A DNA stretch of 64,000 nt, from positions 34,416,401 through 34,480,400 of the forward strand of contig CM120641.1 of the NCBI GenBank assembly GCA_051362555.1, read 5' to 3'. Under the pieces are notes generated by a model. That model was not told the DNA's origin and did no database searches. It saw only the letters and a list, made by a program, of their open reading frames with translations. A program made the position numbers and the translations under genes. Origin of the DNA: Lingula anatina (taxonomy: Eukaryota > Animalia > Brachiopoda). Below, piece by piece: positions 1-22,388 of this stretch (position 1 is its first letter; each line of letters opens with the position of its first letter).

Positions 1-461
1 TTAACCTTGCACGTTTTGAAACTTAGCGTTCTGTCTTCCATGATATTTCGCCAATTTTCGTACCAGAAAAGTGCACAATAATTATAAGATTGTAAACACT
101 CATAGACGCGTAGCTGCCAATATTAATACAGGAAACACCACGTGTCTTCTCTTCCAAAAAGTTAGCAAGCAACTGTTTATGCTGCCCTCCCAGGCTTGCA
201 TTAATATTCATGTACTGAGTACTGTATACAGACCAAAGAGGCCATGGGACCGATGACATTGCCCCTATCCCGTTCCCCTGGCTATTGCAGCAGCAGGTGA
301 TTTAATCACAATTTGTAGAAATCTTATTCTAATAACTTCTCAGTGTTGCACATTTTCTAGGCCTTTCTTACGATCCAAGTTCTAAGAAGCCATTCCTATT
401 TCACCAACTTATGTACATGTATATACTTAGGGTGGACATTTGCGTATGCAGTTAAGACCAA

Positions 462-735
462 TTTTATCCCGTAACAAGTTAAACAGTAGCTTATTACAAA
501 GGCCTGCTAACTCATTAGTCCAGGTAAATGATTCAACCCGCCAGACACAAAAGGTCAAGCACTGCCTTTTCAAAATCTTCTGCTGTAAAATTCCCGATCA
601 CAGATAACGATCGGCAGTTATATAAAGGCCGATTTTATCTCTTAACCAGGTGAGCAGCGGCTAATTACAAAAGCCTGTAAAGGAAATCGACCAGGTAAAT
701 AACTCATCCTCACTGACACAAGTGGTCAGGCACTG
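462..735. repeat. Diverged direct repeat, two ~100-bp copies (462-564 and 633-735)
   Basis: Both copies read ttttatc..taac..gt..cag..gct.attacaaa.gcctg...ccaggtaaat.a.tca.cc...gacacaa..ggtca.gcactg. Confidence 0.7.
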
Positions 736-819
736 TGGAGTATGATATCTTCGGACAAAGTCTGCCAACTTTTACATAGAAGTCAATGCGATCCACCATG
801 TTGCCCGATTTGTTTTACC

Positions 820-1404
820 CCAGATGCCGGTTGCTAAGGCGCGTGACGTCAGCCCGACTGTCCCTATATGTACTAAATGTACTAGTTGCCGTTTTAAATC
901 TTTTGGACCGATTACTCGGTCTGCATACTTCTCCTGAACCTAACACACCCTTAAAATAGCATTATTACTTACCCGTAGGGAAATATGGGGTCTTGTTGTA
1001 TTTCCAATATCTCTGACAAAGAGACTTAGAAGTCGATTAACACTCGGTAGCATGTCTGCGATGGCGAACTGTCTCAAAACACATTGCTATCAGTCACAAC
1101 AGTTAGTTTCTGAAATAAAACAATTATGATATTCAGCATATCTTCCCTCTTAAATAAATAATTAACATAACTAAATATTGAATTATTTTAAAAATAGGTA
1201 AAATATTGGTAACATTTTAAAAAATAGTATATTTTTCAATAATATTTATTCGAAACTACACAGGTAGTATACCGGCATAAAACAACAAAGCCTGTCACCG
1301 GCTCGTGTATCACGTTTTGGCACAAAACAAGCGGTTTTAATACATGGTCAACACCTTGGTCAACACAGGGGCTACTAGTAAGAGCCTGGGTGAAATAAGA
1401 GAAG
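820..1404. promoter_or_regulatory. CpG-rich, probably bidirectional promoter region of POLR2G and the minus-strand gene
   Basis: CpG is retained here but depleted in the POLR2G gene body. A palindromic CRE (TGACGTCA) lies at 844-851, next to an RFX X-box-like half site (GTTGCTAAGG). The two ATGs (1053 minus, 1405 plus) are about 350 bp apart. Confidence 0.5.
973..1053 (-). CDS. Probable first coding exon of an unidentified gene divergent from POLR2G, with a mitochondrial-presequence-like N-terminus
   Basis: The minus-strand exon 1109..973 is bounded by a strong acceptor (attgttttatttcag) and donor (CGG|gtaagt). ATG at 1053 gives MLPSVNRLLSLFVRDIGNTTRPHISLR (27 codons, phase 0), which is rich in R/S/L with a single acidic residue. 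No downstream exon was recognised within the window. Confidence 0.45.
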
Positions 1405-10975
<9,571 letters not shown>

Positions 10976-13900
10976 TGTACCATGTTTGGAGGTACTTTCT
11001 TTTGCAAGGAAGCTGGAAGAGAATCATTTGAAGGATGGCAAGAATAGATTTACAGGCAGAGAGAACTGAATTCTGAGCACTCTACATAGGCTGATATAAA
11101 CAATTCCAAATTAGTATTACAGAGATAACTTATTGAAGTACTTTTTTAACATGTGATCATTTTGGGTCAGTCTATTTAATTAACCTGTTGGAGTACAACA
11201 TGGAACCTGCTTGTCCATGCAGGCCCAAAATTTTACCTGGTCTGTGGAGAAATATAATAGTTAATAGCAGATGAAAGAAAATTGCATAAAAAAGCATACG
11301 TAGCTGTACACACTGGAAATAGTCCCTGGATTTCACGAAGCATTTCTAAGCAAAAGCTTGAAATAAGAAAGAAAGGAGAGCATAGCCAAACATTTGGCAG
11401 AGCTCACTCACCATTTGGTTTAATTTTTGTATATACAAAGCGAAAGCATTTTAAGGGTTCAGAGATAAGCCTCGAAGCTTTAAAGTGCGGTTGATTGATA
11501 GAGAAACAGTGCGTCGCGTTTACTTTCAAGTTTGTAATTACTTGTTTAAGTTTATACATTATATTTATTGAGACCAGCAGAGTGGATGTTGACACATAAT
11601 GGATTTGGTCCAGACCGTCTGGACAAGTATATGTTTCACAGTCCAGATGGAAATCCAGGCAGGTATCTCATTTGCTTAGGCACTATTGCATCCAAAATTT
11701 GCCTTATGCAGATTTTAATTATATTATTCAAATCACCCCACTGTCTGCAAAAATTTTGCTTGGTTTTTCTTTCATATTATCCACTTTTGAAGTACATAAA
11801 TATTTTATATTCCATTTTGAAATTGCTGAGGTTTTTTATTGTGTTTAGTCGATATAACAAAAAACATATCAATCAAAAGAAAAGCAGTACTTACTACGAC
11901 CCCTTTTAAGGGGCACCAGATGATTAAGATTTGCTAATTCAAAACCTGTCGAGGCAGAATTCCAAAAGAAATCGTACTTCAGTTATGCTCTCTTCACAAT
12001 CTCTCCAAAAGAGACGTACCTGTTCACTACAAAACCAGAGAGGTTTTGGTGTGTGTTTTTCTATTTTAATACCCTGTAAATCTCTACCACAGGCGTGTTA
12101 ATTTGCCGTGTTAAGAAATTTAAAAGAGACGCTCCCTGCTTTGTCCTAAATATACATTTATAAAAAGCCTATGGTGGTGCAAACACAGGGGATGCTTGCA
12201 CCTCTCTGATCGCATCATTGTTCAGTAACGGTTTGCGTAGTAATGGCACTCCTATCTGTACACCGCAGGCACATGGAAATAGTCCAATTAAGTCGTGATG
12301 GTAGAGTGGAGATGAGGACGTTTCTGTATACGATCAGCAGAGATAACGTTTCAACCAAGTAATGCATTTTCAAAATGAAAAAGTAAACTTGATTTCTGCA
12401 TGTCAAAATAAACAAATATACATGGTGACGAATTGTAATTTTAATCAAAAAGTGGGGCAATGAACTGTATTGACTCTGTATGGATGGTTTATCTTGTCGG
12501 TGGCGCAGGGCAGTCAACACACACAGCGTATGTGGTGGCACTAAATAAAGTAGAATGATAAGTATCATACAATCCTCATTTGGTTTTGACTAATGACAAA
12601 AGATTTAAAGTGCAATCTACGGGAAAATTGATTTCCACATATTTAACATCTTCAAATTTCAGCGACACGCGATATATGTCAAACATGAGTTAGTATTATG
12701 TTGATTGAACATGGGTCGTTTAACTCCTCTAGATTTCTTGAAAACGTGCGTCCTGCGGAAAATTGTGCACTCCACTGCGTCCTGGATGCTGCGCACATCC
12801 TTTGAAGTCTATCTCAGATATTGGTGGTCTGCACAAGAAGTACAAATGTTTACCTTGCTTTTGTAAGGTCCATTAACTTTGAATATGTATTTGCTGGGTT
12901 GTTGAAACATAGCTCTTCGTGTTTTAAAGTACTCTAGGTCTTAGTACATGAGGAAAACCATGCCAATTCCCCCCAAAGGTGTGAGCGATTAGGCTGATGG
13001 AGGGAAATTAAAGGCGACCATGAGAAGCGTGGCCCGGATGTATCTCTGTCAATGTAACTGGCGTGGAAAGCTACTCCCGAAGAAGCAATTTTCCAGTGTA
13101 AGAAAAACATGTATTTTGAAAATGTTACAGGGAATTGGTAATCTCTTCCTGACCCGCTCTTAACAGTCTAAGAGCCCGAAAAAAATGGGCTCAAAGTGGA
13201 ATTTTCATTACGAAAGTCTTGAACCGAAAATTGTTGGGAACCCTTTGATGTTCCACGCTTGATTACCTAGAGTGTGTAAGTGGTAAGGGTGAATTATAGG
13301 GTCTCGTTTATCCATTATCGACCTCTTTAAGGCGAACAGTTTCAGTTTGATCTCAGAACAGGATTGAGGAGTAAAAGTGGCCAAATTACATTCACTATAG
13401 TACGGCATATTCAAATCCGTTCAGGACAAAACGATTCATAAACCCTGCCCTTGAGCTCCAGGTTGCTAGTAATGGAACTGGTGAATTTCACTTATGACGG
13501 TTAATATTTAAAAGAATTAGAAATTGAAAACGGGTTTGAGATTTGCGATAAAATTAAAGTTAGTAAAATTACCAGGAAAGTTCATTGTTGTGCTATATGA
13601 AGGTTTAACAGGCATATGTCTTAAACCCCCCTCCCCCCAAAGGCTATCACATCTTAAATGAAAATTCTCTACGAAAATGGTACAGCTTCTTTTTACGACC
13701 TCTGCAGTTTCTGTGGCGGTAGGCCAGTTTAGGCGCGGAGGAGGGGGTGTGCACTAATTCAGGTAGAAGGAAGATAAACTTTCGTAACGTTTGAGACCGC
13801 TGACGGTAGACGTACATAAATGAAGTAATTTGAAAGCTGATAGACGGGGATAACTTGTGGCTAGGACCCAGTAGGCCTATATTGGATCCTAGCTTTTGAT

Positions 13901-15949
13901 ACACACGGACTGTATTGATAAATCGGACAAAAACACAAAACCCTTTTCTGTAAACTGTGTTGTGATCGCAAATTGGCACCACTAGCACGAAATTCATGCG
14001 TTAGCACTCCTCTTGATAATTTTGGTATGTACTGTATAGTGTACATATCAATCGTCGATAGTAATACTAACGCGTGAATTTCGTGCTTTGTAACGACGTA
14101 ACAGCTGACGTGATATGGTTGACAGCCGAACTTCAGTAACAACGCTGATCAATACTTAGTGACCTCCGTTTCAAACATAAGCTCCAATTTGGGAATCTTT
14201 TTTAGATTTTTTAATCAAATTAAAATTAAAATGTCATCTTCATCTTAAAATCGTGTACCATATAAAGTAGATCAAATACCAAATCCAGGGTTTTTGAGTT
14301 TGGTAAATATGATTTCCTATTCAGCCTTAAGAGTAGCTATGATAACTCGTCAACAGTTCTTATTATATTCAAGTTGGCGTATGACACATGTAGCTGCACT
14401 GAGACACCACCAAACACCTGTTTTCATTTTCAGTGCAATGTCCTATGCGAACAACTGCTTGACATTATGAATTCGCATATGGACTGCGCCATGGCATGTT
14501 CTTCTAAACTTGTAACAAAGGTCTTAAGGTTTTATCAACATGTATATATACAAGTATAATTGCCCTACACCAAAATGTATTCCTAAGGCTGAACCGGTTT
14601 CCAGAGGACATCTGAATTTTTCGATAGAAATTTGGATAGGCATTTTTACGTTAAAGGAATAAGATCATCTTGGGAATATGGCCTCTACAATGGAAATACT
14701 TTGTTCTGGGGGGAACTCCCATTTGTTCCTTCTGCATCATTGATTGCATACTTGAAAGCCAGAAGCGAAAAAAAACAGCAAACCCGCTGACTCTATCTTG
14801 GCCACCATTATTTCCTTATTTAATGTGGATTATTACATGTAGGCTACTTTGTTGCGATGCTATCAAGGTAATACAAATGGTATACAAGGCTCGAGGATGG
14901 CGTTCTGCTATGAAGTGAACCAGTTTGATTTCCTTTCAATAATTCTTTTTTTAATTTTGGAATAAAGTATTTACTTTGTCTTGAAACAAACAGGAATTAC
15001 ATAAGCATGCTACTATCAAATAAAATGTGGCTGAGGGACGCTGCAAAATATGTAAGACTTAAATTTGGAAGTAAATAAACGAGTAGAACTTCAAAATTTC
15101 CTGATATGATACATGTAAGCCAATGCACTTTGTGAATTTAAACAGTCGTCTCAAAATGTCAAGAAGACTTCGAGTTTTGAACTGCTAAATCAAAAGAATG
15201 TGTATTTGGCAATTTTAAAAATGTATCCAATCCCTATTAAAAATATCACTATGATAAATTTATTGAAGTTTTGCGAGTTAAGATGATGCTGGTAGTGCTC
15301 GTTTTAGCACTTATTTTTTCTTCTATTGTAACTTGCTTTGAGGAATATCACTTTACTGTTTGTGTAACGGGAGCAAGTCATTCCATTCTTTATATCCCAA
15401 GTGACAAAAAAAGCTTTTTTCCAAAAAGCAATTATCAAAAGATAAGTGCGCCTGGATATATAAATCCTATCAACAGAAACATTAGGTGTCCTACGTTTGG
15501 TACATCCAAGTTCCTTCTTTTTTATTCCTTAAACGATCTGCTAATTTACCATCAGGTGGTGAGAGCCGGCTCCTTTCTAGAGACCGAAATCACTTGCAAA
15601 TATCACTGCCCAGTACCAAATTTTTCATGATATGATAGGAAATGAGTTAAGATACTTAAACAAAGACATCACCTTGAGTACGATCGCCAAGGAATGCCAG
15701 GTTTGGCATTGCTCGTAATGGTGGGCCGCATAGTGATGATAGTTGTCAATGTGGCATTTTACTTTGGCATCTTACATCATGTCTGATAATTGCTATTTGG
15801 ATTGAAATCTACTCATAAGAATGATTGAAAAGTGAAGCTCATTGAAAAAAGTAAGACATCCTTTTTAAAGTAATTATTTTAACATTGTTGGCAACTTCAG
15901 ACTTATCAAATGGCACCAAAAAGACTCTTTACAAAAAAAAAAAAAAAAC

Positions 15950-16290
15950 TCGATAAGCACTCAGAAACCGCCGACCTCACCCAATCACCTAACAATCAAT
16001 TTTCAGTATTATTGACTGATTAATTACCAACTAATTTATTATCATTATTATTTTAAAAACTGCAATGTTTGTGTAGTCATAAGAAGGAATGACTATATTG
16101 GTCCTATCTCGAAAGAGATTTTTAAAAAAATTCAGGCTCCAGAAGGCGATGAGTACCAAAACCTAATCATTAAGTTAACCCAATTTCTGACCTACACTGT
16201 AAATTTCATTAAAATCTATTCAACCGTTTTTAGTTAGGCTGATGACACACAGAGAAACAAATAGACAAACGGGGGTGAAAACAAAACAGT
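15950..16290 (+). mobile_element. Degenerate non-autonomous Helitron/Helentron-associated (HINE/DINE-like) element
   Basis: It begins aagcactcagaaaccgccgacctc and ends with a acacacagagaaacaaatagacaaacgggggtgaaaaca block, an architecture typical of these elements. The 3' hairpin is missing. Confidence 0.45.
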
Positions 16291-16389
16291 GGTTTTCAAA
16301 AATCAACTGTCTGACACAAAAATAGGTAAATTGGCGAAATTGCCATACACCACATGCATTTGGTACGAAGCAGAAAATTATACCATAGT

Positions 16390-16880
16390 GACGGCAGCCA
16401 TTTTGTAAAGCTTTTGATTGTTTGGTATATTGTATTTTACTGCATTATATAAATTAAAGTTAACACAACATCTAAGATACGTATTACTTTTCAACTGTGA
16501 ATGAAGCATTACATAATATATAGTTACACCCATTTATACAGTCATTATTTCTCTGACTATTGACGGCCATTTGGACTTTCAACATGTACCAGAACGACTC
16601 ATTAATTAGCTGCAAAAAAGAGAAATGGCCCATGTCTATTGTTTGGCAGAATTTTTTTGTGATGGACATCGTTCGCCATTTTGTAAAAATTTATGGTCTA
16701 GAATGTGGAATTAAACTTAATGCATGGGAATGTACATTTACACTAATATTTCCCCTTCAATTTGTAAGTAAGTTATATGTTTAAGTTCAAAATTGTGACT
16801 GTATTTTAAAGCAACATAGGGATGGGTATTCTATATATCTTATTGGGCTTGGCGGCCATCTTGTAAAGCCTCAAATGTTG
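16390..16880 (+). repeat. Degenerate repeat with four (g)cggccat(t/c)ttg(taaa) motifs
   Basis: Motif copies lie at about 16392, 16563, 16673 and 16851. It is probably a decayed TE-internal satellite, and the motif resembles a YY1 site. Confidence 0.5.
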
Positions 16881-19645
16881 CATACAACTTCAGTGTTGAA
16901 TTCTAAATCAATAAAGCGTTTTAAATTGTAAGTAATTCCAAATTATGCTCGTGAAAAATGAAAAAATTCCTTAGTGATATATGTTTCTTTGGCTATTGTC
17001 GGATGGGACCAAAACAACTCCAAACAGTAAAAGGATTTCTATAAACATTGGAGTTGAAACAGTGGTATGGACGAAGGCCCCTTTATATGTAAGGGTAAAT
17101 GTTCTCAAGGAAATAGGCGTCCATCTAGGATATCTCTTGTAACCAAAGTTGCCAAAACGACAGCCAAGACAAATATGCTGTGGGCCAAAAGGCACATTGG
17201 GCAAAAAAATCAGAGGAAAGATAATTTCTAGGTTTCAAAAGTTCCTGGACAGAAAAGTGACATACTCGTTGCATTTCATGTAACTTTTTTCACCAATGCT
17301 ACTATACAACAAATGCTTCAAATAAAGGTCATTTGTTAATGAAAAAATGTCCTAGAGGGTGTACAGAGTGTACATTAATGCCCCAGAATAACAAATGGTG
17401 CAGTACAGACCGCGCACTAGGGCCTTCTATCGCTCTGGCCTGCAGACCAAGCCGAGGTATTTTGAAAACTGATCCCAACATAATTGTTGTTTAAAGGAAA
17501 AACCCTGTTTATATCCTGGCGATATAGAATATTTACAACACAAGTAAAGCATGCAGGAAGTATCCCTGTATCTATGATAATATACATGGACATAAGCTTG
17601 CCGGTCACAATTTTTATGGTTTCTTTGAATTCGCTGCACATTTTCCGCGGGCAAAATAAAGCATCTCTCTCTAGTAAACTAAAATTACTTAAAAGCCGCC
17701 AAAGTTGGCATTTTTTATTCCCCCCATAGGCGGAAAGTTGCATTAGATCGATCGAAAACGAAGTAATATCTATCTGCAGTGACGTGATATTTATATTAAC
17801 TGTGATTTTAGCTCCGATGAATTTATGGACCTCTTACCTCCTTGTAAAACGGACACAGCGACGATTCGTATGAATACATGTTTCAGCTTTCCGGAGCCAA
17901 AAATCACAGATAATGATGTAGTATTATATTTCTGAATCATGGAAAAGACTTCAATTCAATTTTACCCTGGATTTTGGTAGATAGCGAAGCTGGTTGTGCC
18001 TTATTACACCTCATCGCTGTAGAAAACAACTTTGGTCTTTCGAAAAGGGGCGTTTTGTTTCTGTCTCTTACATTTTCTTGCAATACCACCCATTTTTCCT
18101 GCGGGATTATCTCTACAAAAGTACATGGTGCATTCTAGACTCAAAATATATAACGATTTGAAGATTTCTGAATGCCAAAACCCAGATTGATTCTAAAAAT
18201 TTTCCTGCATTTCTAGAGGCAATATGCCTCATCTGGACGGAACAGATAGTGTTAGACGACAAAGTCCTCCTTTTTATCATTGCCCAATTTAAGCAAATTT
18301 CCATATCCAAATCCCTTTTCAGATTTTTTTTTCTGTTGCTCGCGTCCCTTAGTGTACATTTCTGCTGAAAGGAAATCTGTGGAAAGCAACACACATAATT
18401 AATATCCTGTCGAGAAAAACGGCGTGTATCCCAGCGGTTTATTTTAGAGGTATGAGGTCCCTTTGGAGAAAAAGAAGTTAGCCAAACCTCAAAACCACCG
18501 ATTAGATCAAACCCGCTATGAACTGGTACATTAACGGGAACTGAAGGCGCGTGCGTCCCAACGCCTGATACGTCCTACGCCAACTCATTAAGGTCAAAAA
18601 TATGATCATTACAGGAAGCGAAATTACGAGTTCTGCGTTTCATGGAAATTGGAAAATGAAATATGATAACAGAATCCTGGAATAGTGGTTCATTCACTGA
18701 TTCAGAAATGTATGAAAAATGTTCACTCTGTCGAGCCCTCTGCAGTGATGGTTAATTCTGCCGAAGCGATTAAGGATTGTGCCCTATTGACGCCTTCCTA
18801 CCTAATTGCCGGGAATGCAAACAAATTGCAACATTCTTTCCCCTGACTGCGTAGTCTACATTTTATTACTCGATCTATATAATTGTTGATTACTTAGTGT
18901 AGGCTATCGCGCGCGCACTATGCTAAATATATTAGGGAGGGAAAACCGTTCACTAAGTTTATTTCACATCTTTGCATCAGCAACGATGGTTCAAAATTGT
19001 ATTGACAGGCAATCGATAAGCTGATCCAAGATTCGAGCTGCATAACATATATCCAAGTGTTGCTCGAAATTATCTTTTTATTGGAGGTTACCAAGAACGC
19101 ATTCAACTCTGGAGGATTGGTGGCTGTGTAAACTTTCGTAAAAGGAGAATTCCGTATATCTGTATCTAGTCTGACGTTAGCAACCAGTAATTTACTCCAA
19201 CTTAAAGAAAATATTTACAAGACAGAAAAATTAGGAAAATTCGGGCGCGGATTTAATGTAGAGCTTCGGGCATCTATTGAAGGAGTTAGCAGAGGGAATA
19301 GACGCGTTTTCGACCACATTAGGCCGTCACCCGAAGCAACGTTGATAGGGACATATCACAGGGCTCTAACAGGACTATAGACCGGTTCTTAATTGAACTG
19401 GAATATTTATAGAGAATTTTACTATCCACAATTTAATTAATTAAACGCCCGGATACGAAGACGGCTTGATACTTTTATGCAGTAAACGTGCCGATGAGAC
19501 ATCAGTAAGATAAAGACACAGTCCAAGGTAACGTGCGTATAAACTATGGATGTTTTCGTTACCTTAGATTCTTTGATGCATTCACTTGAGTCATGATGGT
19601 GCGCCAGTGGTATGATTCGACTCTTACGAGTGACATTTAAAGGTG

Positions 19646-19647
<2 letters not shown>

Positions 19648-19702
<55 letters not shown>

Positions 19703-19705
19703 TGT
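19648..19705. repeat. Compound (CT)n(GT)n microsatellite
   Basis: Directly visible. Confidence 0.95.
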
Positions 19706-20289
19706 TATTTCAGTTTATAAAGGAAAAAGGGTAAAGTGTAAAGTCTGAATGATTGCATGGTTTGCTAGAAAAACGAATATGACTCCAAACTTTCGAAACG
19801 ATTGTTTATCGCCTGTTCAAATCTGTTTACATCGTATACAAATGTAAAGCCACTTTTTTATTGTATGCGAAAGCGAGGATATTGAATACCTAGATTTAAC
19901 TTTACGGTTAACAGTCTAGGTGTACAACAACCTTAATATTCTGAAAGTAACAGCTTGGGCTTTCTCTTAGCTTAATTGAATTCAGCGTCAACAGAATATC
20001 ACTTCTTATACAAAAGGTCCATGCTGCCCAGCGTTTGCTTATCTACCTGATAAATGATCTGCTGAGAGTCATTTATTAGCAATTAATTAAAGTTTCGTAG
20101 TCAAAAGCAGTTCGCAGCGAGAAGGGGCATTTCCCAGCACATTATGCTACGATCAAAGCGTGCTTATGTGGTTAAAAAGCCGTTCTGTATGAGGTAATCT
20201 GCTCATTCTACGCTACTGACATATCTGTTACCTAGCAAAGGCGTATGATTCTGATAGATTTCTATTCAAGATTTTATCTCTCACTAGTT

Positions 20290-20381
20290 TTCTTTCTTCC
20301 TCTAAGTTACTCTCTCTCCAACCGTCTCTCTCTCTTTCTTTCTCTCTCTCTCTCTCTATCTATCTCTCTTTCTCCCTCTCC
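20290..20381. repeat. CT-rich (GAGA-type) low-complexity tract
   Basis: Interrupted (CT)n array followed by a CpG-containing stretch. Confidence 0.85.
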
Positions 20382-22345
20382 ATCAGATGATGATAGTGAT
20401 AGAAGGACAAGTCAGTTATGGTGAACGAACAATGTTTTTTCCTGGAGACTTTAATCTGATACTAAAATACGTTAAGGAAGCAAACGACTTGCTCACTTTT
20501 AGGTGAAAGAAAACCCCCAATGGTTATTGACAGGTCGAGTTCGATAATTGATCACTGAGTCGAGAAGCGTGCATCCTGCGTATATGGTGTGGATCTTGCG
20601 GAGAAACCAGCCAAATCTAAGATATTTTTCAAACTGATGAGTTTAAGTTGCGTCAAATGATGCTGCTTTGCAGTTTGTGTTCTTCCTGTCGCAAATGACT
20701 GATCGCTTCCTGAGGTGCGGCATTCCTGATCGATGCGAGTGACCTCACAAACCTGATGCTACATGCTGCACAGATTTAGGTATCTCTGTCTGAAGCAACT
20801 GTACAAGACGTATGAACACGATCTTGATGAAAAATGACGTATGCTTTACTTTTATTTGATCGGGTGGACTAGTAGCAGTAATCATTTAAATGTGGCCGCA
20901 ACGATGAACAGAAGTTTTGGTGATTTTCCAGCAAGATTGATTGGCCAATATTTGGGTAAATTAAGGCAATTTAAATCATCTTGTGATGGGGCTTTAGGCT
21001 AAGGCGTAGATTCCATAAGAATGGATCAGAATCAGTGGTTATTTCGTCATTAACTCACTTAACGTCAAAATACAAGTATGTGGATTTAAATTAATCACAT
21101 GCCAAGTAGTGCTATCATGAATATCTGACATGTTTTCTAATGATTTTTAAAGTTTTACTCGAAATGGTGCCCCCTTTTCAGATAACTATTTAGGGTTGAT
21201 TAAACTGGTATTTCAAAATATGCATTTTTGCAGTTGAACCATAATTAAATGTACTGTTTTTTATATGTTTGTGTAATGGTTCTGCAAGTAAAAATGATCT
21301 TTTAAAAAAGATTAAATGAAAAAACCTGCGCTTTTGAAGCTGCCTAATTAGACATATCTCATAAGGTTAAAGTCTACGCATTTATTCAAAATTACTTGTT
21401 CGCTGTGTGCCGAACGTATTTGCTACAAACACGGAGTGCTGAATTAAAGATGAAACCCGCATGCTGTTAATAGAATAACGATGTTCAGAATATCAAATAG
21501 TGACAACCTGGATTTGTGGTTCTTCCTAGAAAAGAACTGGTAAAAGGAAGACAAGGGTTTCTTTCCTGTGCATGCATACACACATAAAACCAAGATAATT
21601 CACGAGGTTGCGTCAATGAAAAAACATTGTGTGAACGTACAATAACGACTAATATCAAATAGGCTGTTATTACGCCCCATTATTTATTGAATTACTGGAA
21701 TGATGGACCCTCATGTTTGGAAGTGAAAAATATACATTGGCGAAACTGAAATATGGATGTCATCTTAAGTTCAAACAGTACAAAATTCAGCATATATCTA
21801 AGTGCACATCCCTGTCGTAGAAAACTGCCCTCTGTATTCCATCTCTCTGCAAAATGTTGCAAATTTAATGGAACACAATCGACCTTGAGCATCTAGTTCA
21901 CGAAACACGTTACGGTTTCATTTATTATACATTACAGTTGTTAAGTGCAGTGTTACAAAACGGTCTTTTGAATGGTGCCGCAGTTTCTTTTCTAATTGTT
22001 CGACGTTTACTGACAACCGTGCGTTATTTCACAAAACCGAGATGGGTCCCATAAACAATTTTTCTTATAATTTTTTTCATTGAATAATGCTAAACTGCAG
22101 TCATATCGAATCCGTGCACGTAAGGAAACTACACAAGTCTTACGCATGCAGCAGTATAAGTGCTTTAGTAAAGCATTATACATGTAGTAAATTGATAACA
22201 TTTTCCTGTTGCTTGTTTTTTTCTTTTTAATTTCCATTTTTGTGATAATAGGCTTCCACACAACCTTTTACAGGTATGTTTAAGCGCTGACGGACATGAA
22301 AAGTCAAGGTAACGCAATACTGGCAATAGTAATGGTGGCGTAACA

Positions 22346-22388
22346 CTCACACACACACACACACACACATACATACACACACAAACAC
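22346..22388. repeat. (AC)n microsatellite
   Basis: Directly visible. Confidence 0.9.

Noticed and set aside
20634-20670. CTGATGAG as a hammerhead ribozyme core
   Set aside because: No stem II followed by GAAA and no closing stems were found. The other CTGATGA hits fail in the same way.
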